The notes beneath the pieces were generated by a model, which made no database searches, was not told the origin of the DNA, and saw only the letters and a program-made list of their open reading frames with translations. A stretch of 61,818 bases of DNA, filler included, from Sphacelaria rigidula (Eukaryota), in assembly GCA_964200075.2 (NCBI GenBank). It is 8 parts of 8 records of this genome, joined end to end, with 100 filler letters (N's around TTAATTAATTAA, not from the genome) between each part and the next. Parts side by side here need not be neighbours in the genome. Positions count along the whole stretch, not along the records: positions 1 to 7,640 come from CAXNAA020013975.1; positions 7,741 to 15,380 come from CAXNAA020013976.1; 6 more parts are not named here. One strand, written 5' to 3'. Of this stretch, positions 1-11,900 are shown piece by piece. The translations under genes and the position numbers were made by a program. The stretch's first letter is position 1. Each line of letters opens with the position of its first letter.

Positions 1-529
1 CAAGTGCCGCTTCGTGCCTTTCGACTGCATGTTTTCGATCGAAAAAAAATGTTTTTTCACTCGTTGCATTCTTCTCCGCGCGCCGCTAATCATAATTCTG
101 AGTTGAAGCCTTGGAGGAACATGAAAAATGCGGTGGACCTATCAGATAGGACGAAAAAAATCGATCGAACTTTTTCGATCGAAAAAAAAAATAGTGCTAA
201 GAAACGCCCTAATCGGATCGACGGTTCCCCGAAAACAATCCAACGCCGAAGAAACTGTGAAAAAAGTAAAAAGTTGAAGAAAAAACTCCACCTTCGAAAG
301 TTGTTGCGTAATGCCCCATTGAGCATTTTCTGTGCAAAATTTCAGGATCTGATGACTCCTCAACAACAGGGCATGAGGTTTGCCGATGAGTGTTGATGGG
401 GTGATAGGCGCGAACCAGCCTGCAGTGGTCCTTGGAAGCTGCTAAGTTTATAATAAAAAAGCAAAATGAAAACAAATCTCAACAAGAAAAGTGGAGAAAA
501 CGGGGAGATAGAACAAAGGTACAGACAGC

Positions 530-580
530 AGGCAAAAAAATAGGCAAAAAAAATAGGCAAAAAAAATAGGCAAAAAAATG
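530..580. repeat. Minisatellite (GGCAAAAAAA(A)TA) x4
   Basis: Directly visible tandem units. Confidence 0.85.
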
Positions 581-865
581 AACGATGATAGTGATGAAGG
601 ACAAAATTATGTAGGTGTGTCGCTGCTGCGGCTACTACTACTGTGTTAGCAGGTAGGTATGAATGATGAATACACTATTTGTAGTGGTGTGGCAGGTAGT
701 ACTGTTGTAGTAGTTCAGGTCGGGGGGGCCGGGGAAGCCCTGAAATTTGATGTTTTGGACTTTCTTCAGGAGGACCAGGAAGCAGAACTGTATTACCACT
801 GCAGAACTACGCGGCAACACAACAATACAGTTCAGCACCTAGATATTACATGTATGATATATATA

Positions 866-1228
866 GTCGCCCCGGTGGCTCAGTTTGTAACCTCGTAACC
901 TTCTGATGGTTTCTGAGTAGTGGGGTTCAATTCCTGGAGCGATCTGGAATTTTTTTCTCACAACATGCCCAACAGTGGAGAGCGACTTATGTCGTGGGTA
1001 CAACAATATCGACCTAACGGTCGATGAGGGAACGGGACTGCTGAACCCCTCTCGCGATAAAAATAAAAGGCAAGCAACGCAGAAGGAAGGTGGGGTACTG
1101 AAAACAAACAAACAAAAAAAAACTCCTGTGTTGACCTTCCTCCTGTGTGACCCCGGCTGGTGGTGCGCTCACATATACCGAAAAGTGCAGACGGGCGCCC
1201 AGAATAAATAGGACGACAACAAAACACA
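866..1228 (+). mobile_element. tRNA-derived SINE, family A (full length ~350 bp)
   Basis: A box TGGCTCAGTTTG, B box GGTTCAATTCC, conserved body, tail GGACGACAAC(AC)n; nine copies in the window. Confidence 0.85.
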
Positions 1229-3697
1229 TACACAACACATACATATATTCAGACAAGGGTTATATTATACTGTAAACACTAATGCATTGTTGTATCATGA
1301 TAGCCATTACCGCCGTCGGCGAAAAAGGAATGCCTCAAAGAAAAAAATTGACAAACTATGCAAAACTATGCCAATAATTGCGCATCAGATATTACCGGAT
1401 CAGCACTCGATATTTTTTTTGCCGTCTGCAACCTACCACTGCAAGTGTCAGAGTAGTAGTGTCGTCCATTAGTCGTAGCCTCACAGTCAGTGGCCTTCCG
1501 TCTACAAGCATAGTGTTCATGTCCTCGTGCTGCTGCACTTCTCTACCGTGTGCATTTACGTACAGATGGGTCAAGAGTACCAAAAATATGCGAACAAAAA
1601 AACATCTAGAACAACATCGCGTGCATTATTTTGTAACAACATGTGATTTCGTTCATTATTCTTTGTTCATTGTTCTCTATAAGACACCTTCTCAAACCCG
1701 CTGATACTGGGCTCCACGGTTGCTGATCAAGGTGTGTACAACAGGGACGAGCTTGAAACTAAAATGGAACCGAGTCGCTGGGATCAATCATTTTACCAGC
1801 AATATACACGAACTGTGCCTTCTCTTTTTCAGGCGAATTTTTAGGTGTACTAGCTCCGCTGCAACGGGAACTGAATGCATGAAATCAAGTGTGAAGATAA
1901 CACTTTTTTTACCGTGCCGGGTACCCTGAACGCCCACCGTAGACGTTTCGACTGCAGCGTATTTCATCATGGTGTCCGAGATTTTCAAACGAGCCTCGTC
2001 CTCCAAGGGCAAGATGAGGGTGAGAGTGGACATTGGCGATAGACGAAGCGCCAACTTTCGTTCCTTGATGGTGATCACAGAACGATCCGACACAGTTTCA
2101 AAATTGGCAAGGTGAAAACAATTTGATAATCTGCATCTTGGGAGCTCTTGTATTTTTTTCCGGTCTTTTTTTTTGTCATCAGCGGAGTGGTTTTTTGTGC
2201 AGCTAATTAGAAACCCCTCCGCGATAGGGCGGGACTCGATCGCAATGATACAGGCGGAGAGTGGCACCGACTGCACGTGTTGTACCATGTGGTACACGAA
2301 CTCCTCGTTGCGCTCTCATGGTATGGCGCGTCATGCAGTTCTTGCGCTCGACGGTTGTGTGTATACTTTACTTATTGCTGTACTGCTGTTGTACTGTCTG
2401 TACTGTGCTCTACTGTCTGTATTGTACTATATATAGTATACTCCATCCTAATGAAATGTAGTGTAGCCGCTCCTACTGTTGGCCTGTCTGTATACTGAAA
2501 CATAGTTGTGCCATGTTGACTACTGACTGTAGCTGAGAAATACATTATATCTGTTCTCGCTGTCTGCAAAACAACCCGTGCGGAGCGCATGGCGTCATTA
2601 CAAGTACCTTTAGCACATTTTTTTCGAACGCGAAAAAAGTGCGGTGGAATTGATTCGAGCGCATTCGTTTGTTTTTTGCGAGTTGCGTCTAGGCAAATTC
2701 GTAAGCTGTCGATCGAGGAAAGACAGGGAAGTTCTTGAAGCCGTACTGGTTCGCTCCTTTATGGTACAAACAATACTGCACTGCCTACTGAATTGTCTGC
2801 TTACATGTCTTGAATGTGTCTGCGTGTTAAGTAGAAACGAGCAACGAGCAGTACAGACAGCGCAGTACTATGCCTCCTCTCTGCTTAATTCAACGTGAAA
2901 AGACTCGAGACACGTGCAGTGTTGTACTGCCTGAACTCTCCATCAGGGTGTGCGCCATTCGGTCACCAACGCTTCCACGCAAGTCCGTCGCCGACCATTA
3001 CCATCAAAGAAGATGCTCAGATTTTCGCCAACAAAGAAAAAACCTATCATGCCCAACTACTGTAGTGCCTCCATCCCTCTTCAGTTGATGCTCTATGCTG
3101 CAGGATTGTGGTGGTAGGTGATTATGATTTGTGCGGGGTTTGCATGGTTCGGTGAATGGGTGGTATCTCGCGTGATGATCTGCAAGATAGGAGTCAAGTG
3201 CCCCTGCGTGCCTTTCCTCCGCATGTTTTGGATTGAAGGTCTAGTTCAAGGTGGGCATATCTTCCCTCCTGCCCGCGCGCCGCTGATTTTTAACATACTT
3301 GAAGCCAGCTAGGAACAGAAATGCCTTGGGCTTATCAGATCGAAATGTTTCTTCTCCGTGCGCCGCACTTTTTCGATAGAAATATATATGCTGAGACACC
3401 ATGAGACAGCATGGTGTGCGCAGATCGCACGAAAATAAGTTGCGATGTCGTGATGTGGCAAGTGTTAGTGGCATAAACAAAAACGTGCAGCCTGACAGCG
3501 TTTGGGGAGTGCGCGTGCACACACTCGGGTGGGCTGCACATTTGGGAAGGCGAGTATATGCACACGCACGTAGAGACACGCAAGTAGTTGTCTGTTGTAA
3601 GTGCACGTGCATCTTTACTCAGGCAGGTGCGCGCGTGTACTCTTTCTGTGTGGAGTAGTTCGTGTTGGTACCGCTTATAGATCACGTTATGTACGGA

Positions 3698-4054
3698 CCG
3701 GTCGCCCCGGTGGCTCAGTTGATAACCTTGAAACCCTCTGACGGCTGGGTCGTGGGTTCAATTCTCGGACTGATATGGGATTTTTTTCTCACACCATGCC
3801 CAGCAGTGGAGAGTGACTATGCCGTGGGTACACAAAATTCGACTCAACGGTCGACGAGGGAAAGGGACTGCTGACCCCCTCTCGCGATAAAATAAAAGGC
3901 AAGCACCGCAGGAGGAGGTAGGGTACCACAATGAAAGCAAACAAGGAAGACAAAGCCCATGTGTTGACCTTCCTACTGTGTGACCCCGGCTGATGTACCC
4001 ACATACACCGAAATGTGTAGACCGGCGTCCAGAATAGATGGGACAACAACACAC
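3698..4054 (+). mobile_element. SINE family A, full length
   Basis: Same head, body and tail as 866-1228. Confidence 0.85.
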
Positions 4055-5399
4055 TCGTATGTAACCCTGTCAGTGGTGCGACTTGTACAGTAGATTCCAA
4101 CGTCTCGGACGCACTCCCGAGTCGAAAAGAGGAGTCGCGTGTATTTCTTTGTGTTTTTGCCCATTTCATCAAATGCTACACTATGCAAAGCCGATATGTG
4201 ATGAAGAGAGTTGGAACTTTTTCATTCGCCGTATGAAAGTGGCCAGTGTTTTGTGTATGCAGATGTCAGGCCGCCTGTTGAAACGCAAATAGAAGACCCT
4301 GGAGAAGTTTCGAGCGGTGACATTCCCAAACGAGTTTTCTCGACGAAAACTGGGTCTGAATAAATTGTACAGTATGTTCTGATTTATTGAACAGGATCTT
4401 ATGGCAAACAAGAATCACCATGAAAAAGTGCCCAAAAGTAGACCTCAAATTTATTCCAAAGACAGACTTTCGACGATCCAAGGCCGCCTTTTATGGCGAA
4501 CAAGAGTTACCCTGAAGTGCTCATATTTTCTTGTCGCTTCTTGTTGGGTCAAAAATACAATCGCATTTTATTTTGACCACTTCTTTGGCAGTTGAAAAAG
4601 ACGCTCAAAGTTGGAGCGTCGTGCGTGTTCGATAATTTTTTTACCGCCGCAGCCAGTGCGCGGAATGACCGTGTATTCGGGCAGATAACACGGTGTTGAT
4701 GGATACTGCGGTACTACGATTACAGCAGGTATACATTCACATGGTGTACTCGCGAGGAATGGGGCAGACGTGTCCCACATCAACCATGTATGTTTGCATG
4801 CTGACTATCGTTTTGTAGGAAGTAATATGCTTCTCGGGATGGAAAGATCCACGAGTATGTCGGCCTACTAATAGTCAGCGTATTACAAGATCATCGGTTG
4901 CAACGGTACAGACAGCATGATACGATATAGGAATACTGCTGTTGTTCTCTGTGACGTACTGTATATTTCGAGCACTTGCTCTACTGTACAGTGAGTACTA
5001 TACAGGAATGCCACTTTTGCTTCCATTGTCTGTACAGCAGTCTGTACAGCTGACAACAGTGACTGTAATTGTAGTGGTATTTTTTACTGTCGCACTGTAC
5101 CGTGCTCGTGTTCTGGTGTATGGTTGATGAGTAGTACGATACAGGAACACCACGTCCGGATAGTCTGCGTAGGCAGAAGCAGTGCGTATGTACTATTAAT
5201 ACGTACTGTACGCTTGCTGCAGTATGATATTTCACGAGGTGGACCAGCGTACAAGTGGATATGTAGGTTGCCAATCTTTTGCACTTCAATCGCTGGAGTA
5301 GGTCTTGACAAAAAAAAACAGTTTTGTTGCCTTGAGTTTTTTTTACATGAGTTAAGGGCAAAAAACAACACTCATTTTTCACTAGAGTATCCCCGACTC

Positions 5400-5662
5400 A
5401 CGAAAAACAAAAACCTCAAGGTACCAAAATTACTTTTCATCATGCCCTAGCGATTCTCCATACCAACTTGTGAACTGCAACTCTGGAGACTGAGGTGGAA
5501 ATTATTGACTTACAGGCTGGGTCAGCCTACAGACGGAGCTGTATGTTTTATGCCGGTCAGCAGCTCAGTTTTTGAGACTCGTACTTTGAAATTTTGTGTG
5601 GGGAATCGCAAGGCAATATAACATGGAAGAAAACCTGCGGGATAATGAGTTTTTAATTTCGT
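5400..5662. repeat. Diverged inverted repeat (old MITE); related arm at ~6310-6403
   Basis: TGCCCTAGCGATTCTCCATACC...GAGACTGAG versus the reverse complement of CTCAGTTTTTGAG...GGGAATCGCAAGGCA. Confidence 0.5.
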
Positions 5663-5716
5663 CTATGAAGCATGTTTCAGTGTAATAAACCCCATTTTTC
5701 ACGAGAACGTCCTTAA

Positions 5717-5817
5717 CCCTCAGACCGTGAGGCTAGGTCACCTGCTGAATCGGCATCAATTTTCGCTTGAAAAAGTATGCGTGGTCCAGATGGACTACCC
5801 GCACCGCGGTCTAGGGG
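5717..5817. mobile_element. ~100-bp MITE with piggyBac-like termini
   Basis: TTAA|CCCTCAGACCG...CGGTCTAGGGG|TTAA; second copy at 59391-59487. Confidence 0.7.
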
Positions 5818-6403
5818 TTAACTCACAAGAAAATGGCAAGGTTATGACAGTTTTTTTTCGGATTCCTCTCGTCGCGGTGATGCAACGTGTCCAAGACAGG
5901 TGATGGCGATATTCCCTGTTTGGGGGGCCAACAACTCGGGTCAATGTCCTGAAAGGAAGAATCCAACCCAAAACAAACCCACCAGAAACGGCTTTGAGGG
6001 CACAACACAGTATCCATTTTTCACATTCACGTCCTTACGACACTTCTCATGAATGAAAAAAATGGTGAATACTGCATTTTTTCGATAACTTTACCGTTTA
6101 TTATTGAAAATACAAGTTTGGCCAACCACGAAATTGCGACCTACGGGAAACGTACAGGTGCCCTGTAACGGCCTCAATGAGTAGAGCACGTCATTCATTC
6201 CAAGGTGTCAAACATGCGCCTAGCCCTCTTTTCGGGTGAAAAATGGAGAAAGCCAAAAATGCAGTCTTCAACGAGCTTTGTTTTTACACGTAAGAAGTGG
6301 CCCTGACTGAAAAAAAAAAACATCTTAAGGTCCCGAACTTTTTTTTTCCCATTTTGCCCCTGCGATACTTCATACCAAATTTTGAAGCACAACTCCGAAG
6401 ACT

Positions 6404-6666
6404 GTGTGTGTTGTCGTCCCATCCATTCTGGGCGCCGGTCTACACCTTTCGCTATGCGTGGGCGCACCAGCTGGGGTCACACAAAAGGAAGGCCAACACA
6501 GGAGTTGTTCGTTCGTTCGTTTTAGTTCTCCGCCTTCCCTCTGCGATGCTTGCCTTTATTTTTGTCACGAGAGGGGGTCGGCAGTCCCTTTCCCTCGTCG
6601 ACCATTGAGTCGAATTTTCAGAAGGTTTCAAGGTCAAGCTTACCAACGAGCCACCGGGGCGATCGG
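6404..6666 (-). mobile_element. SINE family A, internally deleted
   Basis: Tail at 6404, head at 6666, B-box region missing. Confidence 0.8.
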
Positions 6667-7640
6667 CTGAGACGCGAAATCCAGATTTGGTGCACTTGGT
6701 GACCCTGCCCATACTGAGTATAGTATGGAACATTTTGTGCGCCATATCGCTGTATTCGTAAATAACAGATAGGGTGAAGTTATGGGCATTGATCGTTTCT
6801 CCGTGCTGCATGGAATGCTCACACCAAGAAGTATGATCACCCATACACTGTCCATCGTTCGGGGGTATAAACTGTATTATGGGGATATCTCCGCACGTCA
6901 CGGGATTACCTCGACATGGCGCTTAATCGACGAGAAAAAATTATCTCGGGCTTCGAAGCAGATGGGTATCTGCCCCATGATCGCAGCCCAGTCCGTCTGC
7001 GTCGGTGAGAAAGGACTGTTGAAGCTTATATCCGTTTCAGGCTGGCCCAGCTAGTAGTATCTCCCAAAAGCAAGCAGCTGCTACATCTATAGTCGTCGGT
7101 GTTTTCAGAGAGCGCACCCATACAATCGAGCATGCGCGGTGCTTGGTTCGCCGCGAACACCATGATTTTCAGGTTGTTACAGCGGCCAGCGCTGCAGCCA
7201 TGAGCGATTTATCATCAGATGACTGTCGGTCTTCAAGTTATATTTGTGTTGAACTGAGGAGTGGGGTGCGTGCGAGACCAGACATAAGAGCTGAGGTACA
7301 GGTAAGTGGCAACGCTTTTTTGTCGAGACAGTTTTTGTTTGGATTTCTCGCTCGGACAAAGAAGCCTGAACGTTTGTCTCAGATCATCGATTTTTCGTCT
7401 TCAACAGAAGTTCGAGTTTTTGTGGGGCGTTTCTTTTTCCAGAGAAGAGGTTGAATAAAATTTATCGACAAAAAGTGACGAATGTTTATTCGGTAGTTTT
7501 TGTTTGCCATAGGAAGTGACCCAAGACCCACCCCCCCGCCCCCCTCCGAAAAATCTGACAGCACACACCCTTTTTTCAATTTGGAGCTCCCGGGCAGGGG
7601 GGGGGGGTGTACTCATGATCATGCCTGCCATAGTCATAAG

Positions 7641-7740
7641 NNNNNNNNNNNNNNNNNNNNNNNNNNNNNNNNNNNNNNNNNNNNTTAATTAATTAANNNN
7701 NNNNNNNNNNNNNNNNNNNNNNNNNNNNNNNNNNNNNNNN
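7641..7740. other. Artificial 100-nt contig linker (N44-TTAATTAATTAA-N44); identical linkers at 15381-15480, 23121-23220, 30861-30960, 38601-38700, 46341-46440, 54080-54179
   Basis: Identical N-padded six-frame-stop sequence; intervening segments are 7640 bp (x6) and 7639 bp (x2). Confidence 0.98.
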
Positions 7741-7812
7741 CGCTTTATTCTGTGGTATCGCCACTTCCAGAGACAGCCACGGCCCTCACACTGCCTCATG
7801 GGTGTCTAACCA

Positions 7813-8330
7813 GGGGGAGTACTCACGATCTTGCATGCCGTAATCGTAAGACAGCTGACCTCGCATCCCTACAAAGCCGGGACGGAGCACGCCGAGTTTT
7901 CGTCGGACCACGTTCGCAATCACCAAGCGCGAAGCGCTGTGATCTGTTCGGCGAGTGGCATGAAGGGTGATCTGCATCCTGCTAAGATTGTCCGGCCCGA
8001 AGCGTACTAATTGTCTTGCATATGGATGACAGCCTCGAATGCATTGCTTCATTTCCTGGTATTGCCACTTCCAGAGACAGCTATGGGTTACGCACTGCCT
8101 CATGGGTGTCTCACCATTCAAACACTACGTAGTATGACCAACTCCTTTGCGCGGAGTACTAGATCCCCCACCCTGCACAATATGATCTAACTCGACCACC
8201 CACCATAGTCACCGCAAAAGAGCGCAAGCGAGAGAAAAAAACGGTAACCTGGTAGCCTAGTTTAAACCCGTGAGTGGCGTGTTTTACGGCGTCGTGGCCG
8301 GCCGACCGACGCCGCCCCTCAAAAGGTTTA
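7813..8330 (-). mobile_element. Family B long retroposon (~510 bp) ending in GAGTAC-poly(C) on the minus strand
   Basis: Colinear with 61264-61765; partial copies at 7598-7640, 7741-7812, 15302-15380. Confidence 0.7.
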
Positions 8331-8344
8331 TCTTGTTTGGGGCA

Positions 8345-8417
8345 GGGGGGCGTACTCATTTGTTGCTTGCCTTAGTCGTTTGACCATTGACCACGCATCC
8401 CTTTCGAGACGGAGCAC
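8345..8417 (-). mobile_element. Family B short (~65-70 bp) insert with TSD
   Basis: Flanked by direct repeat TTTGGGGCAGGGGGG (8336-8350, 8418-8432); near-identical copy at 13484-13559, diverged copy at 49038-49116. Confidence 0.75.
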
Positions 8418-8998
8418 TTTGGGGCAGGGGGGGGGGACAAATACGAAAACATCAAGGCATTGTGAAGTAGCGTGCTCGGGGCATCTTTACGCCCTTTCTC
8501 TTCGTTTCACCCGGTTCTTTCAGGGATATACATGGTCAGCTTTGGTAAAAACTGATACTTGCTTCAAGACTGTCCCGAGGTCGTAGTGTTCGCGAAATCG
8601 CATGCTTCCGTTCGCTGCTGCCGCACAACACGAGACTAATGCTGAGATAGCCCCCCCACGAAACGTGCACCGGGGACCGTCCGACAAACCGGCTGTGATC
8701 CCACTATTGGGCTCGCTTGCAGCAATTTCGCCCATATGGGAGGCATGTAGCAGTCCGAAAGTCCAAATGAGTCGCGTCGTGCAGCACGAAACCAGCTCTT
8801 ACGGCATTTTCGATCATCGCCTCCGAGCACTTTTTTGGCGGGTTTGGGGAGGGGGGGCTATCTCGGGAGCAATCTGGAGTTTATGCTGGGTACTTGTCAT
8901 TCAACGTTTTTCTGTCCAACCTCGTGTACTACCCCCACCGAGGAAAACAAAATGAAGTGAAGAGCTCGCCTGTGCATATTGTCTCGGGTCGCTCACAG

Positions 8999-11900
8999 GA
9001 AACACAAGATTGGTTCATGAACGCCCCGGATGCTGCGTCTCCAGTAGTGGTGGGGACCATCGCCTTTGGGATGGGGCTGGACAAGAAGAACGTTCGCAGA
9101 GTTTTCCACTTCAACCTGCCCAAATCGCCGGAGGACCTCGCGCAGCAGGTGGGACATCCAGATTGTGTGGAGATATAGGTGGAGAACGGTTGTGGGTGCC
9201 TTCTGGTTCAGTGGCTATTTCGTGCTTTCAACATATGTACATCTGGTCTTGGAGGCTTGGGGCATCACGCAGCCCAGTGCCCCTGTTTTGGAGTTCGGAT
9301 TTTAAATATTATCATGTGTGTGTTTCTTCTGTTGTATCCCATGCCGGTGGCCTTAACTGTTTGACTGCGACCTTCTCCCCACATGTACCCAGACAGACCA
9401 TGCCACATTTGCGGTTCAGAATAGCTGTTTTTTTAACAGACAAAACGCCGGTGTGGATGCCGGGTATATGTATAGAGAATAGCTACTGTATCTGTTTTTT
9501 TCCCCACGTCATGCCCGACGGTGAAGAGCGGCTATGTCGTGGGTGCACAAAGTTCGACTTGACGGTCGACTAGGGAAAAGGACCGCTGAACCCTTCTCGC
9601 GATAAAAAAAATGGCAAGCGCCGCAGAAGGAAGGTGGATTGCTAACCCCCACGAAAAGAAAAAGAAAAAGAAAGCTGTGCTGACCTTCCTCCTGTGCGAC
9701 CCCGCTGATACCTCCACGTGTACCGAAAGGTGTGGACAAGTGTACGGAATTGATGGGGTGACGAGGATGACAACACACACACACACACACACACACACAC
9801 AGCGTCCCGGAGAATCCCTGACCGGCTTGGGCCTGCAGTCAGGTGCATGGAGGGGCGTATGCACGAAGCAGTCAGCGTGCCATCGCTCTCCACTGAGCAC
9901 ACTGTATTGCGGGGCAAGGCTGGCACACTTCGATAATTTTTTTAATCTTGCATGAATGTCGCATCGTCTCAACTCCGCGTACTTTCTTTTTGCTCTGTCT
10001 CTGTACTACTACTGCTGCTGCTGCTACTCCACGGTACGTAATGCGAACGTTTATCATCATCGGTGGCTGGACACAACGGTGACCAACCGTCAGCGTGCCA
10101 TCGTTCTGGACTGAACAGAGACTACTGCACGCTGCTCATGTCTCTCCTTAGTTTTCCACAACTACACACTACAGGCAGTATGAAGCTGTGTTGGCAACAC
10201 GAGAGGGTCAAGGTCAAGCTGGTAGTAAATACCACGCGCAGCAGTATAAAAGCACTTTCTTTGCCTCTGTTATCTATGGTTGAAGGGTCATGACCAAATT
10301 GTCATATGCAGCTAGACTGCAAGGTGTTCTATCTGCGGTCTACCTGTAAGGAGACAAAGTGACTATTTCGATGGCCGTGATTGGTCAGAATGGTCACTCT
10401 GCTTCTCTCGGACCTCGTTCATGCCTTACAATTTCCCGCGGAAAACTTCCAACCACACAAAATTGACTTCGGGAGCGTTCCGGCTGTTCTGCGAATAGGC
10501 ACCCACCCCTTGCCAAAAACCATCCCCCCCCCCCTGGAAACCCCCGATGTCCCTGGACTGTCAGCCGGCGAAATTGTTCCGAGGTGACGCTCGCAGTCAA
10601 AGGGTAAAGCTGCATGTAGCGCACAGCAGTTGACCGCAGATTTCTGTAGTACTGTCGTAATGTTTATGTATCTAGCGATCACTCTTTTGTTGCTTCGACT
10701 TTTGGTTTTTACGTGGAATTTAGTGTCCAGCGGGAAGTAGAACCCGTCCCCCCTCCCCCCCCCCCGACCATTTACACGTAAGAAATGGGTAATACCCCGC
10801 CAGACGCTCTTCTACCTTGGAGTCCCTTCAAGACACAACACAGTGAAGCATTGTCACCCCAACCATCCCCCCACCTTCATCCAATTGTGTGCGTGATGAA
10901 CGCGTACCTTTTCTTGAGCTATGCTCCGCATGGGTGACACCCTGACCATGTTGGTGCGGGCGCAACCGTCTGCTCGGCTACGCACCGCACACTTTCGCGG
11001 CCAACACGCCTGGCACCCCTCCACGGAACACAACATGGTTGTTTGTTTTGGGACCGACGCCCCCCGCATGCCGTGGCCTTTTGTGAACGCGCAGGATGTG
11101 ACTGGATGTTATCCCCCGAATGTCGTCTCGGTCAAGGCAAACATGTGCTTTGCTCCGCATGCCTCCTCTCGTGCACCCAGGCGTCTTTTCACACTCCACC
11201 GTTGAGCTCCTCCCATTTCCCACCCGCCGCCGACCGCTTAACGCAATAAACGCTAACCCTTTATAGGTGGGCAGGGCCGGCCGAGACGGGATTGCAGCGT
11301 CTTGCGTCACCTTAGTTTCTGGGGCAGATCTGCCTCTGCTTAGGTCTATGATCTACGGCGGCACTCCAAGTCCGGACGCGGTGCTCGGATTACTGCGGAC
11401 TTTGTTTGAAGACAATCAGGATCAAGCCGACTTTAGTCTTTACGAGATTTCTCAGGTGTGGAGGGGACAGTAAGGGTCGCTGTGGGAGTTCACGATGTGT
11501 GCTTCCCTGGTACTTGGCTAGTCTTGCTATTTCGTTTGCTCTGAAAATGAGAGCTTTGTTGGCAGAGAACGTCCTAGGGTTGAGGTTGCTCTGCTTCAGG
11601 ATGATGTTTCCAATGACCGGTAAGACGATAGAGCACAAGGGTGTTAACAGCGTTGCGATGTGTTTTTTCTTGCTACAAAACAGCGTGACAGAGAGAGGAG
11701 TATTTCACCGCCTCATGACACTGTGCGCCACCGAATCGGCGAAGTTTTAGCGAACGTGTCGCCATCCTCGTGTGTACGTACTCTACCGACATCGTCTAGG
11801 CGATGACATGCACCCGTGCAGTACTTTTTCGCTCTTGGCGCTTGGATTGGATCAGATCGGATCGCATCGTGAAACTGGATCGTATCATATAGCACGACAC

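Noticed and set aside
866..945. tRNA gene (A/B boxes, CTCTGAC/TTCTGAT anticodon-like loop); similar heads at 3700, 24200, 59310, 13720, 55680
   Set aside because: Imperfect cloverleaf and always attached to a common ~270-bp body and tail; these are SINE heads
1392..2297. Minus-strand ORFs (63 and 169 aa) as a gene
   Set aside because: No recognisable motif or consistent splice chain; may be a decayed TE
7685..7696. Recurrent TTAATTAATTAA palindrome
   Set aside because: Synthetic assembly linker
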